Under the pieces are notes generated by a model. It was given only the letters and a program-made list of their open reading frames with translations, searched no databases and was not told the origin of the DNA. 64,000 nucleotides of DNA from Spirochaetia bacterium (GTDB lineage: Bacteria; Spirochaetota; Spirochaetia; DSM-2461), in the NCBI GenBank assembly GCA_963668315.1, contig OY764216.1, positions 704,001 through 768,000 of the forward strand, written 5' to 3'. A program made the translations under genes and the position numbers. Positions 40,662 to 50,137 of this stretch are shown one piece after another; the stretch's first letter is position 1, and the number at the start of each line of letters is the position of its first letter.

Positions 40662-41738
40662 ATGATGAAGAGGAACATGGTCAGATGCTGTCTGATATTA
40701 GCTGCGGGATTACTTTTATCCTGCTGTGTGACAAAAGAGGAGGAGTTAATGGAAACGGATAAATACCCATCCATAGAGCAGGAGATTTTCCGATTGGCCC
40801 AGACCGCGGCCAGCAGCCATAACAGTCAGCCCTGGCGTCTGGAAATCCGGGAAGAGGGAGGATATCGGGTTATAGCCGCGGAGGAACGCTGGCTCAGGGA
40901 AGTTGATCCCGAGAAAAGGGAGTTTCTTCTTTCCCTGGGGGCTTATCTCGAAAACCTGAAGATTGCCGCTGCAGCCTGCGGATACGAAGCTGACATGACG
41001 GTTCTCATGGAGAACAGGGATGACCGAATCGTCGCGGAATTTACTCTGCATCGGCAAGGGGGAAACATTGACGAAGAACAGGTCCGGCTTATGCGCAACG
41101 GTTCCATGAAAAAGGTGAAATACCGCCGGACCCTCCGGAAAGAGCGGGAATGGTCAGCCTTTGTTGAGGGTGAAAAGAACGTCCTCTGGATTGAAAGGGA
41201 CGATGAAAAATTCTCCTATCTAGCGGAGGGTACGGTCCAGGCGAACCGCCTGCAGGCGGAAAACGACAGCAAGCAGAGGGAACTGGCCGATTATATCTGC
41301 TTCAGTGAAGCGGACGAGGTGGCGGGCATCGGGATGACGCCGGCCATGCTGAACCTTCCCGCCCTTATGGTCCGCTCCTGGTACAAAAAGGCCTCTCCCG
41401 ATACGGTCATGTCTTCCTTCTTCCGCAGCGGCGCCGTCGGTAAGTCCCGCAAGCTCATGAGGAATTCGGCCGGAATCCTTCTTATAACAAGTGAGGAGAA
41501 TTCTCCCCGGGCGCTGCTTGCCTGCGGCGGTTTATTCCAGAAATTATATTGGGAAGGCAAAAAGAGAAACATCGAACTTCATACGGTTTCACAGATTCTG
41601 GAAGAATCCCCCCAGAAGGAAGATCTGGCTGCCTCCGGTATGGCGGATAAACCGATTCAGTTCCTGCTTCGTGTCGGGGAGACGGATGCGGTCAGCTCCG
41701 CCTCCCTGAGAGAGGCCTCTGCCCGCATTACAGATTAA
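40662..41738 (+). CDS. Acg-like FMN-binding nitroreductase, possible lipoprotein
   Basis: AASSHNSQPW, DPEKREFLLSLGAYLENL, QFLLRVG; LLLSC lipobox-like; start after GGAGG. Confidence 0.8.
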   Translation: MMKRNMVRCCLILAAGLLLSCCVTKEEELMETDKYPSIEQEIFRLAQTAASSHNSQPWRLEIREEGGYRVIAAEERWLREVDPEKREFLLSLGAYLENLKIAAAACGYEADMTVLMENRDDRIVAEFTLHRQGGNIDEEQVRLMRNGSMKKVKYRRTLRKEREWSAFVEGEKNVLWIERDDEKFSYLAEGTVQANRLQAENDSKQRELADYICFSEADEVAGIGMTPAMLNLPALMVRSWYKKASPDTVMSSFFRSGAVGKSRKLMRNSAGILLITSEENSPRALLACGGLFQKLYWEGKKRNIELHTVSQILEESPQKEDLAASGMADKPIQFLLRVGETDAVSSASLREASARITD

Positions 41739-42213
41739 ACTGCCAGTAGCCCACATCTATCCATTTTTCGAATTTGTAACCCACTCCTTCGAACTGGGCC
41801 ACTTTCTTAAAACCGAAGTGTTCATGCAGCTTCTGACTTTTTTCATTGGGGAGGGCGATACCGCCTATCATGGTCCGGTATCCCCTGCCCTTCAGTTCCT
41901 TTATCAGTTCGCCGTAAAGCTGACGCCCCCAGCCCTTACCCAGATGTTCCCGGGAAAGATATACGGTAGACTCAACGGAAAACCGGTAGGCACAGCGCCC
42001 CTTCCATTTACTGGCATAAGCGTAGCCTACGATTCGGCCCTCTTCTTCCATGACAAACCAGGGAAGGCCTTCTTCGGTCTTCTCTCTAATCCGCTCCGCC
42101 ATATCGGAGGCGCTCAGACTCTCTTCCTCGAACGTTACCGGCGTATTTTCAATATAGTAATTGTAAATACCCGCAATCTGTTCCGCATCATTGTCATTCG
42201 CCATTCTTATCAC
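41728..42213 (-). CDS. GNAT N-acetyltransferase, phosphinothricin/arsinothricin (Pat/ArsN1-like) family
   Basis: IYNYYIENTPVTFEE, AYRFSVESTVY, GKGWG, LPNEKSQKLHE, VGYKFEKWIDVGYWQ. Confidence 0.85.
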   Translation of the reverse strand: MIRMANDNDAEQIAGIYNYYIENTPVTFEEESLSASDMAERIREKTEEGLPWFVMEEEGRIVGYAYASKWKGRCAYRFSVESTVYLSREHLGKGWGRQLYGELIKELKGRGYRTMIGGIALPNEKSQKLHEHFGFKKVAQFEGVGYKFEKWIDVGYWQFNL

Positions 42214-42235
42214 TGAATTATCCTCCCGCGCTGCC

Positions 42236-42529
42236 TCAGCAGCATCCTTTATTATTTCCGCAGGAGCATCCGCATGACGGCTCTCCCCCCTTTAGAAATC
42301 CATTTATCACCGCTTCGGCGCAGCCCACGCCTTTATTCACGGCAAGTGCCGAAACAGGACAGTTCATCACACAGGCGCCGCATTCCATGCACGAATCTTT
42401 CCTGCTGATTCGCGTTTTTCCCTCTTCCATCACAAAAACATCCCGCGGGCATACATCCAGGCACATACCGCAGCCGATACATTTCTCACAGTCCATTGCA
42501 AGGGTGGCCACGTTCTTCAGATAAGTCAT
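42236..42529 (-). CDS. hgcB: Mercury methylation 2[4Fe-4S] ferredoxin HgcB
   Basis: Start MTYLKNVATL after GGAGG; CIGCGMCLDVCP, CMECGAC, GVGCA, Cys-rich tail ending CC. Confidence 0.93.
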   Translation of the reverse strand: MTYLKNVATLAMDCEKCIGCGMCLDVCPRDVFVMEEGKTRISRKDSCMECGACVMNCPVSALAVNKGVGCAEAVINGFLKGGEPSCGCSCGNNKGCC

Positions 42530-43331
42530 AAGGTTCCTCCCGCCCTCAGGCAGATAACCGTCCCCGCCGCCAAAGCAAGAAGGGTAAGGCCGATCTGAAT
42601 GGGTATGGCCCATTTCATCTCTTTGACAACACCCGAATAGGAGGTAAAGGCAGAAGCAGGGGGGTTAGAAAACCTCCGGTAATCGCTCCCAGAAGAAGGG
42701 GGACCAGCAAGGAGAAATTCAGCTGGTTCCAGCCGGAACAGAATCCGTTCATGATGAGAACCAGCAGGGCGAAGGGCAGTAAAATCTTCCAGGACTGAAT
42801 AAGTTCCAGTGGGGTCAGAACCAGTCTGTCCCTCCAGGAAAAGGATTTTGTCCGCATTCGGGCCGTTTTCTTCATGCCCCCTGCCAGAAACTCCGGAATA
42901 TCCCTTGCTTCCACGGGACCGAAGATCACTCTGAAACCCGTTTCTTTTCTCACATCCCGGGCCGAGACTCCCGGAGCTCCCAGCTGGGGCAGAATCAAGA
43001 CCCTGTGATCAAGCCGGGAAGCAAGTCCCGTCATTTCTATGCGCCGGACCAGTTCGGCCGTTCCGAAAGTACCCTTTCCGGCGGCGCACCAGACATTAAT
43101 TCCCCCGGTATCCAGAACCAGAATGTGGCAGTCCAGCCCTACTAGCTCCCGGCGCAGAATATCAACCGTCAGTTTATAGTTTGCCGTGACAAAGACCGGA
43201 GAAACCCTTCCGGGATTGTTCATCCCGTATAATCCGGGTTCTACCCTATAATTTCCCCGGTTTATTCCCAGACGTACCTTAAGGGCTCCCCATATATCGG
43301 AAGTACTCCAGACCCCGTTCAATTCATTCAT
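42526..43331 (-). pseudogene. hgcA: Mercury methylation corrinoid protein HgcA, frameshifted by apparent internal deletion
   Basis: TANYKLT, cap helix NVWCAAGK, LPQLGAPGV, FGPVEA; reading frame stops at 42615 while the HgcA-type C-terminus (FTSYSGVVKEM..IPIQI) lies in another frame at 42648-42526. Confidence 0.85.
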
Positions 43332-43806
43332 GTTCCTCCCCTCTGCAGGCACAGCATCCGTTATTCTCGCCCCCTTCGGTGCGCATGGCTTCCACCAGTG
43401 CATGCAGATCGTAAGAAATGCGTTCCCTGATATCCTTCTCAAGGCCTTCAAAGATTCGTCCGAAGCTGTCCAGACTGGCTCGGTTTATCCTTTCCACGAT
43501 TTTTCTTCCCTCTTCCGTCAGCCCCAGGTTCTGACTCCTCCGGTCATGGGAACGGGATTCCCTCCGAACAAGACCCTTTTTCACAAGGGTATCTACGGTT
43601 CTGGAAAGAGATGCCTTATCCAGGCGCAGTTCATCATTCAGATTTGTGAGGGTCATATCGTCCTTGCCCTCCAGACAGAGAAGGATATGGCCCTGATTAA
43701 CAGTCACGCCGCTGCAGTAGGAGGAATCCTTAATTCGGCTGAGGACGACGCGTTCCATTCGGCGCATGGTATTCCGGAAATCAATTACATGTTCTATCTG
43801 ATTCAT
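43324..43806 (-). CDS. MarR family regulator with Cys-rich C-terminus
   Basis: LDKASLSRTVDTLVKKGLV, DRRS, LTEEGR; YCSGVT and terminal GCCAC; stop overlaps hgcA start. Confidence 0.88.
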   Translation of the reverse strand: MNQIEHVIDFRNTMRRMERVVLSRIKDSSYCSGVTVNQGHILLCLEGKDDMTLTNLNDELRLDKASLSRTVDTLVKKGLVRRESRSHDRRSQNLGLTEEGRKIVERINRASLDSFGRIFEGLEKDIRERISYDLHALVEAMRTEGGENNGCCACRGEEHE

Positions 43807-43812
43807 AATTAA

Positions 43813-43841
43813 ATGTTATTATCAAATATTGATATTGTCAA
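43813..43841 (-). promoter_or_regulatory. marR-hgcAB promoter with palindromic operator
   Basis: TTGACA-N17-TAACAT, 6 nt before ATG; TATCAA-ATA-TTGATA (43820-43834) in the spacer. Confidence 0.75.
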
Positions 43842-43888
43842 CTAATAGGCTGTATTTTACTTTCTCCTTGAGAATTCTTTATCCTATC

Positions 43889-43917
43889 TTGACTTATAAT
43901 CCCTATTTATCTATAGT
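43889..43917 (+). promoter_or_regulatory. rpsD sigma70-type promoter
   Basis: TTGACT-N17-TATAGT. Confidence 0.65.
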
Positions 43918-43969
43918 GTAAAACCGCGTTTCTGAAACGCGCAAATCCAAACCATGAGGTGATTAAGTA

Positions 43970-44587
43970 ATGGCGAGATCCGAAAAAGCAAGAGGAAAAA
44001 TCGTCCGCCGTCTAGGTGTCAATATTTACGGTAACGTAAAATATGATAGATTACTTAAGAAGAAGCCCCAGGGTCCCGGACAGGAAAGAGGGAAAAGATC
44101 CCGCAACAAAGTAAGCAACTACGGCCAGCAGCTGATTGAAAAACAGAAGCTCCGCTATGCTTACGGTTTGAGCGAGAAACAGTTCTTCAATACGTTCCTG
44201 AAGGCCAAAAAGAAATCTGGTCTTACCGGTGACAACATGATGATTCTTCTTGAAAGACGGTTGGATAATGTAGTTTACAGACTGGGTATGGCAACGACCA
44301 GGGCGCAGGCCCGTCAGATGGTCAGCCACGGCCACATCAGACTGAACGGCGAAAGATCCGACATTCCTTCCATTGTTGTTAAGGAAGGGGACGTCATCAA
44401 AGTAAAAGACTGTGACGGAAGCAAGAAGCTCATCAGAGAGAACCTTGCCAAGAGCGGTCAGCCCGTTCCCGTATGGCTTTCGATCGTAGAAGATGACCTG
44501 GTAGGTAAAGTTGAGAGACTCCCCTACAGAACGGATATCTCTACCGTTGCCAACGAACAGGCCATTGTAGAATTCTACTCCAAGTAA
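43970..44587 (+). CDS. rpsD: 30S ribosomal protein S4
   Basis: EKQKLRYAYG, LERRLDNVVYRLG, QARQMVSHGH, IVEFYSK. Confidence 0.97.
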   Translation: MARSEKARGKIVRRLGVNIYGNVKYDRLLKKKPQGPGQERGKRSRNKVSNYGQQLIEKQKLRYAYGLSEKQFFNTFLKAKKKSGLTGDNMMILLERRLDNVVYRLGMATTRAQARQMVSHGHIRLNGERSDIPSIVVKEGDVIKVKDCDGSKKLIRENLAKSGQPVPVWLSIVEDDLVGKVERLPYRTDISTVANEQAIVEFYSK

Positions 44588-44605
44588 TCTACATAGTTTT
44601 TACAG

Positions 44606-44637
44606 AAAAAACCGACTCTTTTGGGGTCGGTTTTTTT
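44606..44637 (+). terminator. Rho-independent terminator after rpsD
   Basis: AAAAAACCGACTC-TTTT-GGGGTCGGTTTTTTT. Confidence 0.85.
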
Positions 44638-44701
44638 GTGTTTTTCCATTCTTTATGCTAAAATTAGCCTAGGGAATCCCCATCAAAGAAGGTTACCGTA
44701 A

Positions 44702-45046
44702 ATGGCAGAAGGCGATACCATCATTACCGAAAGTCCCATTGGGCAAAGATTGAAGCAGTTTTCCCATGTAAAAGAGAATATGCTGATTTTCGGCAATAAA
44801 TCCATTCCCATGATAAGCAAGATCACCCTGGGACGCGGCTCCGGAAACACGATCGTCATTGATAACAGTCTCGCGTCACGGCAGCACGCTATCATTCAGA
44901 AAATCAAGGATTCCTATTTTATCTGCGATCTTAAAAGTACCAACGGTACCTTTCTGAACGGCAAAAAAATCAAACCGGATAAATATGTCAAACTCAAGCA
45001 GGGCGATATTATCACCATCGGCAAGAGCGACCTGGTAATGCGCTGA
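44702..45046 (+). CDS. FHA domain protein
   Basis: LGR, ASRQHA, DLKSTNGTFLNG, GDIITIG. Confidence 0.92.
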   Translation: MAEGDTIITESPIGQRLKQFSHVKENMLIFGNKSIPMISKITLGRGSGNTIVIDNSLASRQHAIIQKIKDSYFICDLKSTNGTFLNGKKIKPDKYVKLKQGDIITIGKSDLVMR

Positions 45047-45762
45047 TGGGTCTCGACAATGTAAGAATCGTTCTCTGCCGCCCCGAAGGGGCCATCAATA
45101 TAGGATCTGTCTGCCGCGCCATGAAAACCATGGGGCTCTCCCGCCTTTCCATTGTCAATCAGGCCCGGAATCTGGAAAAAGAGTGGATCCGCAATATGTC
45201 CGTTCATGCCTATTCCCTTTATGAAAACGCCCGGTTCTACGATAATCTGGAAGAAGCTCTGGAAGGGGTATCCCTTTCCGCCGGCATCACCAGGCGCAGG
45301 GGCAGCCGCAGGAAATACTTCTCCCATCTGCCCGAGGAATTCGCCGAGCGCGCCCTCTCCCTGGAAGGCGATTCGGCCCTGGTATTCGGAAACGAGCAGA
45401 ACGGCCTGACCGATGAGGAACTGGCCTGCTGTCATACGGCCGTCCATATCCCCTCCAACCCCGACTTCCCTTCTCTGAACCTTTCCCATGCCGTACAGAT
45501 CATGACGGCCGCTCTCTGGCGGGAATCGGAAGGGGAAAGGGTGGGACGATACACACCGATTACGAATGACGAAACGGAAAATCTGGTAAAGACCATCCAT
45601 GAAACGCTGGACAATCTGGATTACTTTGTCAAATCCGATCCCGACGATACGGACACCTATTTCCGCGACATTTTCGCCCGAGCCGCCCTCAGTAAAAAGG
45701 AAGCACGGCAGATGGAGAAAATCTTCACCAAAATCCGTTTTCTAAAAAGCCGTCAAAGTTAA
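45046..45762 (+). CDS. SPOUT RNA methyltransferase, TrmJ/LasT family
   Basis: NIGSVCRAMKTMG, VFGNEQNGL, SLNLSHAV. Confidence 0.9.
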   Translation: MGLDNVRIVLCRPEGAINIGSVCRAMKTMGLSRLSIVNQARNLEKEWIRNMSVHAYSLYENARFYDNLEEALEGVSLSAGITRRRGSRRKYFSHLPEEFAERALSLEGDSALVFGNEQNGLTDEELACCHTAVHIPSNPDFPSLNLSHAVQIMTAALWRESEGERVGRYTPITNDETENLVKTIHETLDNLDYFVKSDPDDTDTYFRDIFARAALSKKEARQMEKIFTKIRFLKSRQS

Positions 45763-45808
45763 ATCATTCTTTTGCATTGAACATATTAATATATTAGAAT
45801 GATTATGT

Positions 45809-46972
45809 ATGATTACCGATTTTTCCGGTCTGCGTAAATTTATTGCCCCCGAAATCATTTTCGGCAGAGGGTCAAGAAAACTCGTTGGTTCCTATTGCAA
45901 AAGCTATCACAGCAAAAAGGTACTGCTCGTCACCGATAAGGGAGTGAAGCATCAAAACTGGTTCAAGGATATTCTTGCCAGCCTGGAGGAAGAGCACATC
46001 GACTATGCCCTCTTTCATGACTTCTCTCCCAACCCCCGGGCTTTTGAAGTGATGAGCGGCGTGGAAATATTCCAAAGAGAACAGTGTGATCTGATCGTCG
46101 CCGTGGGCGGAGGAAGCCCTATGGACGGCGCCAAGGGTATCGGCATCGTCGCGACAAATGGGGGCCATATACTCGAATTTCAAGGGGTCAATATGATTAA
46201 GAACCCCCTGCCCCCTATGATTTTCGTTCCCTCAACGGCAGGAACATCGGCCGATGTGTCACAGTTTGCCATTATCAACGACAATGAAAACAGAGTGAAG
46301 GTCTCCATTATCAGCAAGATAGTCATTCCCGATGTGTCCCTTGTCGACTCGGAAACAACCGTATCCATGAATTCCTACTTAACAGCCTGTACAGGAATGG
46401 ATGCCCTCGTCCACGCGATTGAAGCCTATGTATCCATTGCCCATTCCCCCCTGACCGATACCCACGCCCTTGAAGCCATCCGTGTCCTGGCTGCCAATTT
46501 AAGGCATGTCATAGCTACACCGGAAAATCTGGATTTCAGGGATAAGGTCATGTTCGGCAGCCTGGAGGCCGGTCTGGCATTCTCCAACGCTATTCTGGGC
46601 GCCGTGCATGCCATGTCCCACAGCCTGGGCGGCATGCTGGATCTGCCCCACGGCGAGTGCAACAGCCTCCTTCTCGAGCATGTCATCAACTACAATTATC
46701 CCGCCGTTCCGGAACGTTTTGCCGCCATAGCCCGTGCCTGCGGCCTGCCCACGGACGGTCTGACGGAAAGCGAGACCCGAATGTTTCTCTTTTCCTATAT
46801 CCAGGATCTGAAGACCCATCTGGGAATTACAAAAACTCTGAAGGACTGCGGCGTATCCGTATCGGATATACCTCTATTGGCCAAGAAAGCCCACAGGGAT
46901 TCCTGTCTTATCACAAACCCCCGGAAAAGCGAAACGAGAGATCTGGAGACCATCTATGAAGAAGCCTATTGA
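45809..46972 (+). CDS. Iron-containing alcohol dehydrogenase family protein, ErcA-like
   Basis: LRKFIAPEIIFG, GGGSPMD, TAGTSADVSQF, GMDALVHAIE, PHGECN. Confidence 0.85.
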   Translation: MITDFSGLRKFIAPEIIFGRGSRKLVGSYCKSYHSKKVLLVTDKGVKHQNWFKDILASLEEEHIDYALFHDFSPNPRAFEVMSGVEIFQREQCDLIVAVGGGSPMDGAKGIGIVATNGGHILEFQGVNMIKNPLPPMIFVPSTAGTSADVSQFAIINDNENRVKVSIISKIVIPDVSLVDSETTVSMNSYLTACTGMDALVHAIEAYVSIAHSPLTDTHALEAIRVLAANLRHVIATPENLDFRDKVMFGSLEAGLAFSNAILGAVHAMSHSLGGMLDLPHGECNSLLLEHVINYNYPAVPERFAAIARACGLPTDGLTESETRMFLFSYIQDLKTHLGITKTLKDCGVSVSDIPLLAKKAHRDSCLITNPRKSETRDLETIYEEAY

Positions 46973-48155
46973 GATTCAGACCGATATGTCCATCATAGAA
47001 GATCTCGTTGGTCTGAAGGGGAACAGCATTCAAAAAAGCTATTACCCCCAGCTGCTTTCCATCATTGAAGAGCTGGACAGGGAAAAGGAGAAATACCTGT
47101 CCATTTTCAACAACGCCGTCAACGGAATTCTGCGTATCAAACCGGACGGCAGCTTTTTCGATTACAATCCCGCCATGGCTCTCATTCTGGGGATTGCCAA
47201 GGATACGGATAAAAATTTCATAGACGACTTTATATTGGATAAGAGTGAATTCTATAACATTATCGATAACTGCCGAAAGAGTAATACAACCACGAATTTT
47301 GAGCTGAAACTCCGGACAACCGATGACAGGAAAATCATCGTCTTCCTGGCCATGCACCTCATAACGATTGACAATGAGGAAATTTTTGAATTATTCGTAC
47401 AGGATATAACGGAGAAGGTGAAAGCCGAGGAGAGGCTTATCCAGGGGCAGAAAATGGAAGCCGTGGGAAAACTGGCCGGCGGAATAGCCCATGATTTCAA
47501 TAATCTTCTCACATCCATAATGGGAGCGGCCGATATGATCCTGAATGAAGAGATGGATGCGGAAGAGAGGAAGCATTACGGCAATATCATTCTTTCCTCC
47601 TCCGATATGGCAGTCGAGCTGACCTCCAAACTTCTCTCATTCAGCCGTCAGGAATCGGTCAAAAAGGCAGAGATTTCCCTGGTGGAAATTCTCGATCTCG
47701 GCCTGGCTATCCTCGAGAGAACCATAAACAAGCAAATTATTCTGAAAAAGAAAATAGATGTCGAAAAGGACATAATTTACGGCAACAAATCGGAACTTCA
47801 GAATTGCCTTATTAATCTGGCGGTAAACAGCAGCCATGCCATGCCCAATGGAGGCACGTTGACGATATCCCTGGATAACCGCGTCCTTACCGAAAAGGAT
47901 GCCCATGCGCTTGATAAGGACATGCAGGGGGGCGATTTCATTCTCCTGACCATTCAGGACACGGGCAGCGGAATTAAACCCTCCGATCTCCCCCATATTT
48001 TCGAACCCTTCTTCACCACGAAAAAAAAAGGACAGGGAACGGGACTCGGCTTATCGACGGTTTACGGGATCATCAAGGGCCACGGCGGCTATATACAGGT
48101 GGAAAGCGAATGGGGCAAGGGGACATGCTTCACCATCTATCTCCCCCTTGTGTGA
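46956..48155 (+). CDS. Cytoplasmic PAS sensor histidine kinase
   Basis: KSYYPQL N-terminus, PAS-like region, [27 protein letters not shown]. Confidence 0.9.
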   Translation: MKKPIEIQTDMSIIEDLVGLKGNSIQKSYYPQLLSIIEELDREKEKYLSIFNNAVNGILRIKPDGSFFDYNPAMALILGIAKDTDKNFIDDFILDKSEFYNIIDNCRKSNTTTNFELKLRTTDDRKIIVFLAMHLITIDNEEIFELFVQDITEKVKAEERLIQGQKMEAVGKLAGGIAHDFNNLLTSIMGAADMILNEEMDAEERKHYGNIILSSSDMAVELTSKLLSFSRQESVKKAEISLVEILDLGLAILERTINKQIILKKKIDVEKDIIYGNKSELQNCLINLAVNSSHAMPNGGTLTISLDNRVLTEKDAHALDKDMQGGDFILLTIQDTGSGIKPSDLPHIFEPFFTTKKKGQGTGLGLSTVYGIIKGHGGYIQVESEWGKGTCFTIYLPLV

Positions 48156-48175
48156 AGCAGCAATTTCCCGGCTGA

Positions 48176-49318
48176 CTATAAATATTTCTTTAAAAGGAAA
48201 ACTGGAAACAATCCTCCCAGGGCGACCAGACCGTAAACAAAAAACAGCTGCTGGTAGCCGAACTGCTCCACAATATAACCGCCAGCACTGCTCCCGATAA
48301 ATCCGGCAAGACCAATTCCCACGGACATATAAATCGCCATGGCCAGTCCCCGGTTAGCCGGTTTTGTTTTCTCCTGTATAAAGGCGATGATAACGGCATG
48401 CATCATTCCGAAAGTCAGACAGTGCAGAATCTGCCCCGCCAGAACGAGTGAGAAGGAAGGGGCAAAGGCGTTAATCAGCATACGGGCGGCGGCCCCCAGA
48501 AGAGACAGGGTGAACAGTCTATTATAACCGTAACGCCTTATAAGCCGCCCTCCCAGAATAATAATGGGGATCTCCGAGAAAGAAGCCAGGGCACTGACGG
48601 CCCCGATTTTCTCGATATGCCAGGTATCCTTGATAAATAGAAAGAAAAAGGAGTAATAGGAGGACATGGAAAGCCTGTTGAAAAAGACAATGGCGATACC
48701 CAGCCAGAAAACCCCTGTGAGAGATCCGGTTCTTTTCATCCTTTCCTCTTCGGTATATCCCGGAGGGGGAACAAAAAAGAGCGTGCCTATCTGAAAAAGG
48801 ACCAGCAGGACAAACCAGAACAGAATTGATGAAGGAGACGATGCGTCAATAAGATTGAAAACGGACAGCACGAAGGCCACGACAACATAGCCGAGGCTGC
48901 CAACGATTCGGACAATGCCGTAGTTGTCCTCGAATCGGGGCAGCCCGTGAGAAGCCAGAGTGTCGGTCAGGGGTATCCCGTTCTTATAGAAAAATCCGAG
49001 AAAAAAGATTCCCCCTAAGGACAGGGCGAAGGGTAAGGGAAGCATAAGAAGGGAATGGAAGAGGATGGACGCGATCATACACAGAATAATTAGGAATTTG
49101 TAATGACCCGTCCTGTCCCCTATGCGGCCAATTATCATGGGCCCGATGATCCCGGCGACTTCGAAACTCCCCAGCAGAAATCCAATGCGGACAGGAGAAA
49201 ATCCGAGGTCCTTAAGAAAGAGCTGCATGAAGGGAGAGATTATCGCATAGGCTCCGAATAATCCCAGATAGATGAAACCATAGGCAATGACTCTTTTTTT
49301 CTCTTCACCGACTTTCAT
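48176..49318 (-). CDS. MFS transporter
   Basis: About 12 TMs, GRIGDRTG, YGIVRIVGSLG; start at ATG 49318 or TTG 49327. Confidence 0.88.
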   Translation of the reverse strand: MKVGEEKKRVIAYGFIYLGLFGAYAIISPFMQLFLKDLGFSPVRIGFLLGSFEVAGIIGPMIIGRIGDRTGHYKFLIILCMIASILFHSLLMLPLPFALSLGGIFFLGFFYKNGIPLTDTLASHGLPRFEDNYGIVRIVGSLGYVVVAFVLSVFNLIDASSPSSILFWFVLLVLFQIGTLFFVPPPGYTEEERMKRTGSLTGVFWLGIAIVFFNRLSMSSYYSFFFLFIKDTWHIEKIGAVSALASFSEIPIIILGGRLIRRYGYNRLFTLSLLGAAARMLINAFAPSFSLVLAGQILHCLTFGMMHAVIIAFIQEKTKPANRGLAMAIYMSVGIGLAGFIGSSAGGYIVEQFGYQQLFFVYGLVALGGLFPVFLLKKYL

Positions 49319-49426
49319 GTCAGACAATATAACCCAATGACTATCTTACGGGAAGAGAGAAGAATTGAAAAAAGACTTCACTTATGAAAGAAATATCAGT
49401 AAATTTTCTCTCAGGGTTAAAAGGTT

Positions 49427-50125
49427 ATGACAAAAAGCATAAACAGCGAAGATTACTTTTATGACGGGACTCATTACATAAGCAAAGGGGCTTATTATAA
49501 GAACAGTACCTTTCTGATTTATCCGACCTGGGAAGAAGTCAACAGAAAGATTCTCATCCCCGGTGACCGCTGGCATCCGTTCTGTCCCACCGCTCTTCCT
49601 CCCTGGCAGATTCGGACCTTTGACGGAGAGAATATCATCCCTTTCCGAAACATCAATTACACGATAAACGCCCTGGAAAAGTATCATGTCCTTCTGGGAA
49701 AAAAGATTCTTCTGATGAATCTTTTTCAGCATCCTTCTCTTATTCAGGAAAACCTGATGATACCCGTGATGGATATGGGATGTTTTTATGAGCGCCATGA
49801 TTTCGAGGTAGGCGATGCCATCAGAATACATGTGCTGGATTACCAGGAAGGTCTCTATGCGGCTGAGTACGTAAACAGGTCTGAACAGATGGAAATGCAG
49901 CATAAAGAGGACTCCTGGCTAAGCCTGATGGAAGAATCCATGGAAAAGGTCATATCCCTTTTCGGTGATAAACTGATTCTTCCCCGACAGGTGGATTGGG
50001 CCTTCTTCCTGGGAGGCTGGCGCCTTTTGAAGTACCCCGTATTGAATATACGCCACTTTCTCGATTCGACAAATCTATTTACCCTCGCCGAAGATAAGGG
50101 TGTGTACTTTCTCAAAAAAAAGTGA
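49427..50125 (+). CDS. Hypothetical protein
   Basis: 232-aa ORF filling the gap, co-oriented with and 12 nt upstream of ltaE; no motif recognised. Confidence 0.6.
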   Translation: MTKSINSEDYFYDGTHYISKGAYYKNSTFLIYPTWEEVNRKILIPGDRWHPFCPTALPPWQIRTFDGENIIPFRNINYTINALEKYHVLLGKKILLMNLFQHPSLIQENLMIPVMDMGCFYERHDFEVGDAIRIHVLDYQEGLYAAEYVNRSEQMEMQHKEDSWLSLMEESMEKVISLFGDKLILPRQVDWAFFLGGWRLLKYPVLNIRHFLDSTNLFTLAEDKGVYFLKKK

Positions 50126-50137
50126 TATCACTGTGAT

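Noticed and set aside
42640..42655. Programmed ribosomal frameshift restoring HgcA
   Set aside because: No X XXY YYZ slippery heptamer, and the joined product would still lack the expected middle TM segment.
42615..43451. hgcA ORF as a CO dehydrogenase/acetyl-CoA synthase corrinoid subunit or a fused hgcAB
   Set aside because: NVWCAAGK, TM tail and a separate hgcB with its own SD fit HgcA; the track's 40-aa N-terminal extension overlaps marR.
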